In this document: positions 11,101-22,097 of the stretch, one piece after another
Layout: each line of letters begins with the position of its first letter
Position numbering within the stretch: the first letter of the stretch is position 1
Assembly (NCBI RefSeq): GCF_902713615.1
Contig: NC_052172.1
Coordinates: forward strand, 6,615,337-6,679,336
DNA length: 64,000 bases
From: Scyliorhinus canicula
Lineage: Eukaryota
Direction of reading: 5' to 3'
Translations under genes and position numbers: made by a program
The notes under the pieces: model-generated
The model's input: only the letters and a program-made list of their open reading frames with translations
What the model was told of the DNA's origin: nothing
The model's database searches: none

Positions 11101-12145
11101 TGCTGCACTGTCAGAGGGTCTGTACCGAGGGAGTGCTGCACTGTTCGAGGGTCAGTATTGGGAGAGTGCTGCACTGTCAAAGGATCAGTACTGACTGAGT
11201 GAGTGCTACACTGTCACAGGGTCAGTATTGATGTTGCACTGTTAGAGGGTCAATAATGAGGGAGTGCTGCTCTGTCAGAGGGTCAGTACTGAGGGAGCGT
11301 GGCTCTTCCAGAGGGTCAATACTGACACAGTGCTGCACGGTCAGGGGGTCAGTACTGCGGGAGAGCTGCACTGTCAGAGGGTCAATGCTGAGGGAGCGCT
11401 GCACTGTCAGAGAGTCAGTACTGATGTGAGTGTCGCACTGTCAGGGGGCCAGTACTGAGGGAGTTCGACACTGTCAGTGGGTCAGTACCGTGAGACTGCT
11501 GCACAGTCAGACGGTCAGTACTGAGTGAGTGCCGCACTGTCAGAGCATCAGTACTGAGGGTGTATTGCACTGTCAAAGGGTCGGAACTGAGAGTGTGCTG
11601 CACTGTCAGAGGGTCAGTACTGAGGGTGTGCTGCATTCTCAGAGGGTCAGTAAAGAGGGAGTGCCGCACTGTCAGATGGTCAGTACTGAGCGAGCGCCAT
11701 TCTGTCAGAGGGTCAGTACTGAGTGAGTGCTGCACTGTCAGAGGGTCAGTACTGACGAGTGCCGCACTGTCACAGGGTCAGTACTGAGGGAGTGCAGCAC
11801 TGTCAGAGGGTCAGTACTGAGGGAGTGCCGCACTGTCAGAGGGTCAGTACTGAGGGAGTGCTGCACTGTCAGAGGGTCAGTACTGCGGGAGTGCCACATT
11901 GTCAGAGGATCAGTACTGACGGAGCGCTGCATTGTCAGAGGGTCAGTACTGAGGGAGTGCGGCACTGCCAGAGGATCAGTACTGAGTTTGTGCCGCACTG
12001 TCAGAGGGGCAGTACTGAGGGTGCTGTGCTGTCAGAGGGCCAGGACTGAGGGAGTGCTGCACTGTCAGAGGGTCTGTACTGAGGGAGTGCTGCACTGTCA
12101 GAGAGTCAGTGCTGAGGGAGTGCTGCACTGTCAGAGGGTCAGTAT
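8162..12145. repeat. 33-bp minisatellite, right part; inverted to ~9760, then forward
   Basis: Same unit as 4040-6066, including occasional ~29-bp deletion variants; strand switch at ...CTCTGACCGTGC|AGAGGGTCAGTACT. Confidence 0.97.
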
Positions 12146-12149
12146 TCTC

Positions 12150-12715
12150 ACCATCTTCTGAGTAAAAATTCCTTTTCTCAAATGCCGTCGGAATCTCCAG
12201 CCTCTCAACCTGAAACGGTGTCTCCTGTGATTGAGCCCTCAACCAAGTGGAATAGCTGCTTCCTGTTTCCCCTGTCCAATTCCCTAATAATCTTATACAC
12301 CTCGATCATATCCCCCTCAGCCTTTTCTGCTCGAAAGAAAACAATCTCAGTTGATCCAGTTTCTCCTTATCGCTCAGATGCTCCATCCCAGGCGGAATCC
12401 TGTTGAATTTCCTCTGCACCCTCTCCAGTGTAACTGCACAGTGGCCGAACCAATGTTCTGTGCAACTCCAACATAACCTCCTTGCTCTTGTAATCTTTGT
12501 CACGACTGATAAAGGCAAGTGTCAAATCTGCCTTCTTAACTATCCTATTCATCTGCTCTGCCGCCTTCAGAGATCTGTGAACAAGTGCCCCAAGATCCAT
12601 CTGTTCCTCTGAGCTTCCTAGTGTCCTGCCATTCATTACATACTCCCCTATCCTGTTTATTCTTCAAAAGTGCGTCACCTCGCACTTATCAGGGCTGAAT
12701 ATCATCTGCCACTGC
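12150..12715 (-). mobile_element. CR1 LINE fragment (RT C-terminal region), degenerate
   Basis: Minus translations DLGALVHRSLK..., ERVQRKFNRIPPGMEHLS..EKLDQLRLFSFEQKRLRG typical of CR1 ORF2. Confidence 0.85.
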
Positions 12716-12719
12716 TCTG

Positions 12720-13725
12720 CCCAGCTGATCAACCCATCTGCGAACAATGGGCTGTTTGAACAACTTCAAACAACCGTGCAACCTCAAACAAACCATTGTT
12801 TGCAGCAAACTACCCAGCCTTCAGAACAGCGACCTCGACACTACGCAACCCTGCCATGGCAATCTCTGGAAGACGTGGCAGATCATCGACATAGATACCA
12901 CCATTACACGTGAGAACACCACCCACCAGGTACGCAGTACATACTCGTCCGACTCGGCCAACGTTGTCTACCTCATACGCTGCAGGAAAGGATGTCCCGA
13001 AGCGTGGTACATTGGCGAGACCATGCAGACGCTGCGACAACGAATGAACGGGCATCGCATGTCAATCACCAGGCAGGAATGTTCCCTTCCAGTCGGGGAA
13101 CACTTCAGCAGTCAAGGGCATTCAGCCCCAGGTCTCTGGATAAGCGTTCTCCAAGGTGGTTTCTGCTTGAAATGGGGAGAGTACAGGTTCAACATTTTAC
13201 CAGGAGGTGGAAATGTAGGAACAATAACTTCAGGGAACCCTGGATGTTGATGACAATCCAGGCAATTCTACATTGTTGCGCAATTCCTCTCGGGTTGCAT
13301 GTGGACTTGCTAAAAGCCTTATCGGGCTTTTAGCAAGTCTAACTGCAACCCGAGAGGAATTGCGCGACAATGCAGCATTGCCAAGCAGAAACCTATAGCC
13401 AAGTTCCGCACACATTAGTGCGGCCTCAACCGTGACCTGGGATTCATGTCGCATTACATTCACCCCTACCATCTGGCCTGGGCTTGCGACATCCTACAAA
13501 CTGTCCTGGCTTGAGACCATTCACACCTCTTTAACCCCTATCTCTGGATCTGTAAAGACTTGATTACCTGCAAATGCTCGCATTCTAAGCATTGTCTGGC
13601 ATCTTTGAATTTGTGTATACATATGTTTCTGGAACATACCTCTCCATTCACCTGAGGAAGGAGCAGAGCTCCGAAAGCTAGTGTTTAAAACAAACCTATT
13701 GGACTTTAACCTGGTGTTGTAAGAC
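12720..13725 (+). mobile_element. Penelope-like element 3' part (GIY-YIG endonuclease), interrupted at ~13148-13361
   Basis: NVVYLIRCRKGCPEAWYIGETMQTLRQRMNGH...PVGEHFS; resumes at ~13362 with AKFRTH*CGLNRDLGFMSHY and a terminal-repeat-like tail. Confidence 0.85.
13148..13372. repeat. Plus-strand CR1 fragment ending in a ~48-bp-arm fold-back hairpin (13271-13372)
   Basis: 13150-13270 is the reverse complement of ~13950-14075. Arms GCGCAATTCCTCTCGGGTTGCA...GACTTGCTAAAAGCC / GGCTTTTAGCAAGTC...TGCAACCCGAGAGGAATTGCGC around the loop TTATCG. Confidence 0.8.
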
Positions 13726-13729
13726 TGTG

Positions 13730-16075
13730 CTTTGTACTCAGATTGCCCCCTTGATCTCTAATGGGTCCTATTTAACCTCGTTTCCATGGTTTACACTTCC
13801 CCTTAATGCATTTCTAGACTATTTTAGAGATCTCCCTAATCTTATTCACAAGTCCTTTCTCGTGCCCCCTTTTTGCTCGTCTAATTGCTTTCTTAAGTTT
13901 CCTCGTGCATTTCCCATGTTCTTCTCGGGTTGCAGTTGGACTTGCTAAAAGCCTTTCTCATCCTCCTTATCGAGACCTGGATTGTCCTCAACATCCAGGG
14001 TTCCCTGAAGTTATTGTTCCTACATTTCCACCTCCTGGGAACATGTTGAACCTGTACTCTCCCCATTTCATGTTGGAGTGTCCCCCACTGCTCCGCTGTA
14101 GATTTTCCCACAAGAACCTGTCCCAAGCCAGATTTGGCCAGATTTGGCCTTATTTCAGTCAAATCTACCTTGCACTAACCCAAAACCATTTTGCGCAGGT
14201 TATCTTTTTCCTTGTCCATCACAAACTTGAACCAAACTGTGTTGTGATCGCTATCACTAAAATGCTCCCCCGCTGTCACATTGAACACTTGTCAGCTTCG
14301 TTCTGCAGAACCAGATCCAGCACTGCTCCATCTCTTGTTGGGCGCTCTACGTCTTGATACAAAAAACCTCCCTGAATATATTTCAAGAAATGCGCCCCTT
14401 CTAACCCCTTTACACTACGACTATCCAAATTCATGTTGGGGAAGTTCAAATCCCCGAGTCTAATTACTCGATTCTTATTCTTACACACATCAGTGAATTG
14501 TCTACAAAGCTTCTCCCCTATATGCCACTGACTCTTTTAGGGTCTCTTATACACTCCCAGCAATATGGCTGCCCCCTTTGTATTCTAAATTCTACTCATA
14601 AAACCTCATTTGAAAACCTTTCCAAGATATCATCTCTCCTCATTGCAGTAATTGATTCCTTAATTAATAGTGCAACACCACCTCCCTTTTCAAACCCTCC
14701 TCTATCTCGCCTAAAGATCCTCTACCTCATAATGTTAAATTGCCAATCCTGCCCTTCCCTTCACCATGTCTCTGTGATGGGAACAATGTCACAGTTATAT
14801 GTGTCAATCCACGCCCTTAGCTCATCAGTCTTACCGATTACACGCCCAGCATTAAAGTAAAGACCATCCAGCCTAGTCTTACTCTCTTGACATTCAACAT
14901 AGCTGAATGCACTCTGTCTTGCTTCCTTTATTATAGTATGACGTGTCTCTACTTTATTAATGCTCTGTGTTCCCTCCCCTACCAAACTAATTGAAACACC
15001 TCCCAACAGCACTAGCAAACCTACCTGCAAGGATGTTGGTTCCAATGTGGTTAGGGCACAGACCTCTTGTAGAGGTCCCACCTTTCCCAGAAATGGTCCA
15101 AGTGACCCAAGAATCTAAACCCCTCCGTCCTGCACCAACTCTTGACCCATGCCTTCAAAGAACAAAGAAAACTAGAGCACAGGAACATGCCCTTCGGCCC
15201 TCCAAGCCTGTGCTGATAATCCAACCGTCTAACCTGAAACCTTCTACACCCGGGGTCCATATCCCCCTATTCCCATCTTATTCATGTATTTGTCAAGCCC
15301 CCTCTCCAACGCCACTATCGTCCCTGAATCCACCACCTCCTCCGGCAGCGAGTTCCAGGCACCCACTGCCCTCTGCGAAAAAAACTTCGGTCGCACATCT
15401 CCTCTAAACTTTGCCCCTCGCACCATAAACTTAATTCCCCGGGTTCCCCCTCGACCTCGATCGTTCCAGTGAGAACAAACCGAGTTTTTCCAACCTCTCC
15501 TCGTAGTTAATACCCTCCATACCAGGCAACATCCTGGTATTCACCCATCGTATTTTTATATTTCTACACTCGCTAGCATGTGGCACAGGGAGTAATCCAG
15601 AGATTATAACCTCAGAGGTCCTGATTTCTAATCTACTGCCTCGTCCCCTGAAATCTTAATGCAAGGCCTCAACCAATATCGTTGGTGCACCATGAACTCT
15701 GATCTTTCACCCTCAGCCTTTAGGATGCCCTGCATGGGTCACATTAGAGGAGTTACTGACCATCGGACTTGGGAGCTTTTTGAAGGAAATATTAAACCGG
15801 AGTCTGCCTGCTCCTCAACCAGACACTCAAGGTCCCTTTCGGTCCTCCAAACTTGTACCGGTCATTATACCACCCTTAATCAAAACCCTCAGCACTTCCT
15901 TGTGCCGTGTCCCTCTATAACCATCCTATCCATATATTTGTCATGATGCCTTTTGAACGCTGTTAATGTATCTGCTTCCACAACTTCCACTGGCAACACG
16001 TTCCAGTCACTCACCACTCTCTGCGTAAAAAACCTGCCTCGTATACCTCCTCTAAACTTTGCCCACGGACCTCAA
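13730..16075 (-). mobile_element. Stack of degenerate CR1 fragments (APE endonuclease region, ORF1 esterase remnant and 3' tails)
   Basis: Minus translations VIRLGDLNFPN, GAVLDLVL.NE, CDIVPITETW, WCRTEGFRFLGH.DHFW; CR1 3' tails near 15150 and 15860. Confidence 0.8.
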
Positions 16076-16175
16076 ACCTATGAGGTGTGCCAGAATTCCA
16101 AACCTTTTTATCCTTTCAGCCTTAGACTCTCTCCCTCACTTCCCTTCCGTTTCTTTTTCTATCTTTCTCACTCAC

Positions 16176-16180
16176 CACAT
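16176..16180 (-). CDS. C1S: C1s-like first coding micro-exon (ATG TG, Met-Trp split codon); extent of its 5' UTR not determined
   Basis: Minus strand GGAA-ATGTG|GTGAGT: a consensus phase-2 donor that completes TG|G with the 3893 acceptor, giving the signal peptide MWLTFSLLLLPSASC. Human C1S also begins MW (from memory). Confidence 0.75.
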
Positions 16181-16530
16181 TTCCACTGGCTTTTCACAAC
16201 CCTCAGAAGAACGGGAGTCTCGGCATGTCGCTTCCTACCAGTCAAACATGAACTGGTTTGATTTCATAGGTTCAACACTCTGACTCTTGGTCCCTGGGAT
16301 CTAAGGTTGTTTGGCTCCCGCCCCAGAAATACACAAATTGCCAGTCATTGAGCCAAAGCACACTAGTCCAGCCCAACTCTGAAAGACTGTACAGATCCCG
16401 TGTATTCTCATTGAAACCTTGTCCGTCAGACCAAGTTTGTGGCAGGGGTAATTTAATCACAGCTTTGTACAGGGGTCCCTTATTTCTTGTAAATTAATTC
16501 ATCATCGGGCTGCTTTTTGGCAGAAGTGCG

Positions 16531-16543
16531 ATTAATGATTAAC
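16531..16543. promoter_or_regulatory. HNF1-like site in the putative C1s promoter
   Basis: ATTAATGATTAAC versus consensus GTTAATNATTAAC (1 mismatch), ~350 bp upstream of the ATG in non-repetitive DNA. Confidence 0.5.
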
Positions 16544-16644
16544 CGAGTGATCCACAATCGCTTGAGGACAGTAAATAGAGTTTTTTTATTCAGTAAACAC
16601 TTGTCATTCCAAACCCTAACCTGCTCATTTCCAAGAATAAGGTG

Positions 16645-16657
16645 TGGCCAAAGGACC
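16645..16657 (+). promoter_or_regulatory. DR1/HNF4-like site
   Basis: TGGCCA-A-AGGACC resembles an AGGTCA DR1 (CAAAG core), ~100 bp from the HNF1-like site. Confidence 0.35.
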
Positions 16658-17124
16658 AATTGGGACTGGTCACTTGTTTAATAAAAACAAAAACAAAACA
16701 TGCTGGAGAGTGCTAGATAGTCTGAGATGGATAGACTGACAGTGACGAACAGACAGATAGACAGAGAGATATTGATCATACTCGTGCAACAGTCAATCGT
16801 GAATAAAGTTCAACCCCATGACTTCTGGTCTGAAAAAGCTGAATTTTTCATTAATTTTGTGTAATAGGCGATCCTCGTTTCTTGAGGGATCAAAGGCTTT
16901 GTAATTATTAATTACTTGCAGATAATTAGTGCAGTTTATTAATTTGATGTTACACACTGGAACTGTTAGACTTTCCCTCTGAAAATTCGAGCAGCAATTG
17001 CAGTTAATCAGCGAGGCAGCTGGAAACCTCGGAACCTTCAAGGGAGAATAACAATGCACAGCTCAATTTAAATGGAAAGTTGTAGAACTTGCCAAGAAGG
17101 CGAATAACTTGCAGTAGCAAGAGA

Positions 17125-19905
17125 GTTTTAGAACATAAGAACATAAGAGCTAGGAGAAGGACTAGGTCATCTGGCCCCTCGAACCTGCTCCGCCATTCAA
17201 TGAGAGCATGGCTGTTATTTTGTGGACTCAGCTCTACTTTCCGTCCCAAACACCATAACCCTTAATACCTTTATTCTTCAACAAAATTATCTATTTTTAT
17301 CTTTAAAACATTTAATTAAGGAGCCTCAACTTCTTCACTGGGCAAGGAATTCCATAGATTCACAACCCTTTGGGTGAAGACGTTCCTCCTAAACTCAGTC
17401 CTAAATCTAGTTCCCCTTATTTTGAGGCTATGCCCCGTAGTTCAGATTTCACCCGCCAGTGGAAACAACCTGCCCGCATCTATCCTATCTATTCCCTTCA
17501 TAATTTTATATGTTTCGATAAGATTCCCCCCTCATCCTTCTAAATTCCAACGAGTACAGTCCCAGTCTACTCAACCCCTCCTCGTAATCCAACACCATCA
17601 ACTCTGGGATTAACCTAGTTAATCTCCTCTGCACACCCTCCAGTGCCAGTACATCCTTTCTCAGGTAGGTAGACCAAAGCTGAACACAATACTCCAGGTG
17701 TGGCCTCACTAACACCTTATACAATTGCAGCATAGCCTCCCTAGTCTCAAACTCCACCTCTCTAGCAATGATGGACAAAATTCCATTTGCCTTCTTAATC
17801 ACCTGTTGCACCTGTCAACCAAGTTTTTGCGCCTCATGCACTCGCACACCCAGGTCTCTGTGCACAGCAGCATCTTTTAATATTTTATCATTTAAATAGT
17901 TATCCCTTTTGCTGTTATTCCTACCAAAATGGATCACCTAACATTTGTCTTAGGGGCTGGTTTAGCACAATGGGCTAAATAGATGGCTTGCAAGTCAGAA
18001 CAATGCCAGCAGCACAGGTTCAATTCCCATACCGGCCTCCCTGAACAGGCGCCGGAATGTGGCGACGAGGGGCTTTTCACAGTAACTTCATTGAAGCCTA
18101 CTTGTGACAATAAGCGACAGTCAATTTTGGACGGACAGAGGCTTTTCCCCAGGGTAGAAGGGTCAATTACTAGGGAGCGTAGGTTTAAAGTGCGAGGGTC
18201 AAGGTTTAAAGTAGATGTACGAAGCACGTTTTTTACACGGAGGGTAGTGGGTGCCTGGAACTCGCTGCCGGAGGAGGTGGTGGAAGCAGGGACGATAGTG
18301 ACATTTAAGGGGCATTTGACAAATACATGAATATGATGGGAATAGAGGGATACAGACCCAGGAAATGTAGAAGATTGTAGTTTAGTCGGGCAGCATGGTC
18401 AGCACGGGCTTGGAGGGGAGAAGGGCCTGTTCCTGTGCTGTACTTTTCTTTGTTCTTTGTTTGTCAACATTGTATTCCATCTGCCAGACCCTAGCCCATT
18501 CACTTAACCTATCCAAATCCCTCTGCAGACTTCCAGTATTCTCTGCATTTTTTGCTTTACCACTCATTTTAGTGTCATCTGCAAACTTGGACACATTGCC
18601 CTTGATCCCCAACTCCAAATCATCTCTGTAAATTGTGAACAATTGTGGGCCCAACACTGATCCCTGAGGGACACCACTAGCTACTGATTGCCAACCAGAG
18701 AAACACTCATTGCTTTCTATTAATTAACCAATCCTCTATCCATGCTGCTACTTTACCCTTAATGCCATGCATCTTAATCTTATGCAGCAATCTTTTGTGT
18801 GGCACCTTGTCAAAGGCTTTCTCGAAATCCAGATGTACAACATCCATTGGCTCCCTGCTATCTACCGCACTGGTAATGTCCTCAGAAAATTCCACTAAAT
18901 TAGTTAGGCACGACCTGCCCTTTATGAACCCATGCTGCGTCTGCCCAATAGGATAGTTTCTATCCAGATGCCTCGCTATTTCTTCCTTGATGACAGATTC
19001 CAGCATCATCCCGACTACCGAAGTTAAGCTAACTGGCCTATAATTACCCGCTTTCTGCTGACCTCCTTTTTTAAACAGTGGTGTCACGTTTGCTAATTTC
19101 CAATCCGCCGGGACCACCCTAGAGTCCCGTGATTTTTGGTAAATTATCACTAGTGCATTTGCAATTTCCCTATCCATCTCTTTTAGCACTCTGGGGTGCA
19201 TTCCATCAGGGCCAGGAGTCTTGTCTACCTTTAGCCCCATTAGCTTACCCATCACTACCTCCTTTGTGATAACAATCATCTCAAGGTCCTCACCTGTCAT
19301 AGCCTCATTTCTATCAGTCACTGGCATGTTATTTGTGTCTTCCACTGTGAAGACCGACCCAAAAAACCTGTTCAGTTCCTCAGCCATTTCCTCATCTCCC
19401 ATTATTAAATCTCCCTTCTCATCCTCTAAAGGACCAACATTTACCTTAGCCACTCTTTTTTGTTTTATATATTTGTAGAAACTTTTACTGTCTGTTAATA
19501 TGTTCTGAGCAGGTTTACTCTCATATTCTATCTTACTCTACTTTATCGCCTTTTAGTAGCTTTCTGTTGCCCCCTAAAGATTTCCCAGTCTTCTCGTCTC
19601 CCACTAATCTTTGCTACTTTGTCTGCTATTTCCTTTAATTTGATACTCTCCCTTATTTCCTTAGATATCCACGGCCGATTTTCCCTCTTTCTACCGTCCT
19701 TCCTTTTTGTTGGTATAAACATTTGCTGAGCACTGTGAAAAACCGCTTGGAAGGTTCTCCACTGTTCCTCAACTGTTTCACCATAAGGTCTTTGCTCCCA
19801 GTCTACCTTAGCTAGTTCTTCCCTCATCCCATTGTAATCTCCATTGTTTAAGCACAAAACACTAGTGTTTGATTTTACTTTCTCAACCTCCATCTGTATT
19901 TTAAG
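17125..19905 (-). mobile_element. 5'-truncated CR1 LINE (RT domain to 3' tail), interrupted at 17950-18459
   Basis: ORF fragments KVDKTPGPDGMHPRVLKE...NYRPVSLTSVVG...QHGFIKGRSCLTNL...DFEKAFDKVPH; SKFADDTK; HLEYCVQLWS; (CTTATGTT)n-type tail at ~17130. Confidence 0.92.
17950..18459 (+). mobile_element. tRNA-derived SINE (17950-18120) joined to a CR1 3' fragment (18120-18459)
   Basis: SINE head GGGGCTGGTTTAGCACAATGGGCTAAA...GGTTCAATTCC directly followed by CR1 3' ORF2/UTR; TTTGTC lies on both sides (17944-17949, 18460-18465). Confidence 0.75.
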
Positions 19906-19982
19906 TTCCATAATTTAAAACTTCTGAAAAAAATAACGAGAGACTGGAGAAAGATATCCAATAAAATATTTGATAAATACCG

Positions 19983-20285
19983 TGGGCGCATGGTGGCACA
20001 GTAGTAGCACTGCTGCCTCACATCGCCAGGGACTTGGGTGATTGTGTGTGCGGAGTTTGCACGTTCTCCCCGTGTCTGCATGTGTTCCACCGGGTGCTCC
20101 AGTTTCCTGCCACTGGAGCACCCTGTATGCAGGTTAGGTGGATTGGGCATGATAAATTGACCCTTAGTGTCCCAAGGCTAGGTGTGATCATGGGGATTAG
20201 ACAGCGTTGTGGTCCTAGGTAGTGCATCGGTGCAGACCTGGTGGGCTGAATGGTCTTCTGCACTGGATTCTATGATTCTATGAAC
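19983..20285 (+). mobile_element. HE1/V-SINE
   Basis: tRNA-like head GGGCGCATGGTGGCACAG, V-SINE core, TTCTATGA-repeat tail. Confidence 0.8.
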
Positions 20286-20499
20286 TAGAAAAGATAACAA
20301 GAACTAAGTGCACCAGGAGATGAAGAACTATGTGGCCTTACCTGGAGATCAAAGTGGCAGAATTGGTCAAAGGACATTGCCAGAGAGTCATAACATCAAG
20401 CAGAACAATCCACCTCAACGCTTTCAGTGAAGAAAGGTGGTATCCGGAATTCAATGCTAGTGCTGGGTGATGGGCAAGATTCATGAAGAGCTGTGATTT

Positions 20500-21495
20500 A
20501 GCACACCGTCAGAAAACAAAACATTCTCGTTCTCTGCCACCTGAAATCGACAGGAAAGGACAGGAAAGGACAAAAGAACGAAGGACAAAGAAAAGTACAG
20601 CACAGGAACAGGCTCTTCGGTCCTCTAAGCCTGCCTCGAGTTTGCTGCCCGACTAACCTAAAACCTCCACTTCCGGGGCCATATCCCTCTATTACCATCC
20701 TATTCCTGCATTTGACAAGACGCCCGTTAAACGTCACTATCGTACCTGCTTCCAGCAGCAAGTTCCAGGCACCCACTACCCCCTGTGTAAAAAAAACTTC
20801 CCTTGCACATCTCCTCTAATCTATGCCCGTCGCACCTTTAACCTATGCCCCCTAGTAATTGACTCTTCGAGCCTGAGAAAAAGCTTCTGACTATCCACTT
20901 TGTCCATGCCGCTCATAATTTTGTAGACATCTCAACCTCAACCTCCGTCGTTCTCAAAGCTAATGCCCTCCAGACCAGGCAACATCCTGGTAAACCTCTT
21001 CTGCACCCTCTCCAAAGCCTCCACATCCTTCTGGTAGTGTGGCGACCAGAATTGAACACTATTTTCCAAGTGTCGCCTAACTAAGGTTCTATACAGCTGC
21101 AGCATGACTTGCCAATTTTTATACTCAATGCCCCGGCCGATGAAGGCAAGCATGCCATATGCCTCCTGTACTACATTCTCCACCTACGTTGCCACTTTTA
21201 GTGACCTGTGGACCTGTACACCCAGATCCCTCTGCCTGTCAATACTCTTAAGGATTCTGTCATTTACTGTATATTTCCCACCTGTATTAGACTTTCTAAA
21301 ATGAATTGCCTCACATTTTTCCGGATTAAACTCCATCTGATATATCTCCCCGCAAGTCTCCAACCTGTCTATATCCTGCTGTATCCTCTGACAGTCCTCA
21401 TCACTATCTGCAATTCCACCAACATTTGTGTTGGTATAAGGCTCACCGGCCTGTAATTTCCTGGGTGATCCTTGCTACTCTTCTTAAACAAAGGT
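20500..21495 (-). mobile_element. CR1 3' fragments
   Basis: Minus ORF ...MLAFIGRGIEYKNWQVMLQLYRTLVRRHLENSVQFWSPHYQKDVEALERVQKRFTRMLPG; tail at ~20560. Confidence 0.85.
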
Positions 21496-22097
21496 ACAAC
21501 ATTAAGTGAAGTCATCAAATGTCACCGTTTTGCTATCCGCCATTGAGAAAAGAATGGGTACAGATGGGACTACATTGGAAATATGGACGGGACACCAGTG
21601 ACCATCACCATGCCACCAAATAAAATTATTCGCAACAAAAACAGAAAACACCAGACAATCTCAACAGACTAAAAGCATCAGTGGAGAGAGAAACGGAGCT
21701 AACATTTCAAGTCTGGGTGATTTACTATTCCCAAGACTGGTGGAAACAAGTAATTATACAGATAACTGAACACACGAAGACACTGTTCACCCTGGTGCTA
21801 TGTTGGATGGGCTGATATTCCAGCACAAAGACCACCCCAAAGAGATATTCCAGAAAGGTGGAGTCCCCGGTGCACACGAGAGACGTTGAATGGATAAATG
21901 CAGTTGCAAGAAATGGGTCAGAGAAGTGCGGAATTTGAAACCAGGAGGATTATGCAAAGAAAATAATTTCTTTGTCTGGGATATGTTCAAATGCCACCGT
22001 GTTGATGATGTTGTGCGTGACGGGAGAACAACCAACACAGACACGGCAGTTATTCCCGGTTGTTTTGGGAGTGTTGTTGAATCCTTTAATGTATACC

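Noticed and set aside
4040-12145. CRISPR-like array
   Set aside because: Head-to-tail repeat with no unique spacers, vertebrate context, no cas genes.
4040-12145. CACTGTC in every satellite unit as an array of cryptic RSS heptamers next to a TCR locus
   Set aside because: One mismatch from the heptamer palindrome but no nonamer at 12 or 23 bp; the resemblance is probably coincidental.
4022-12161. Dozens of long ORFs with 11-aa periodicity (STDPLTVQHSL, CTVRGSVLREC, HCQRVSTEGVL)
   Set aside because: They are a by-product of a 33-bp unit with few stop codons, occur on both strands and several frames, and lie within an intron.
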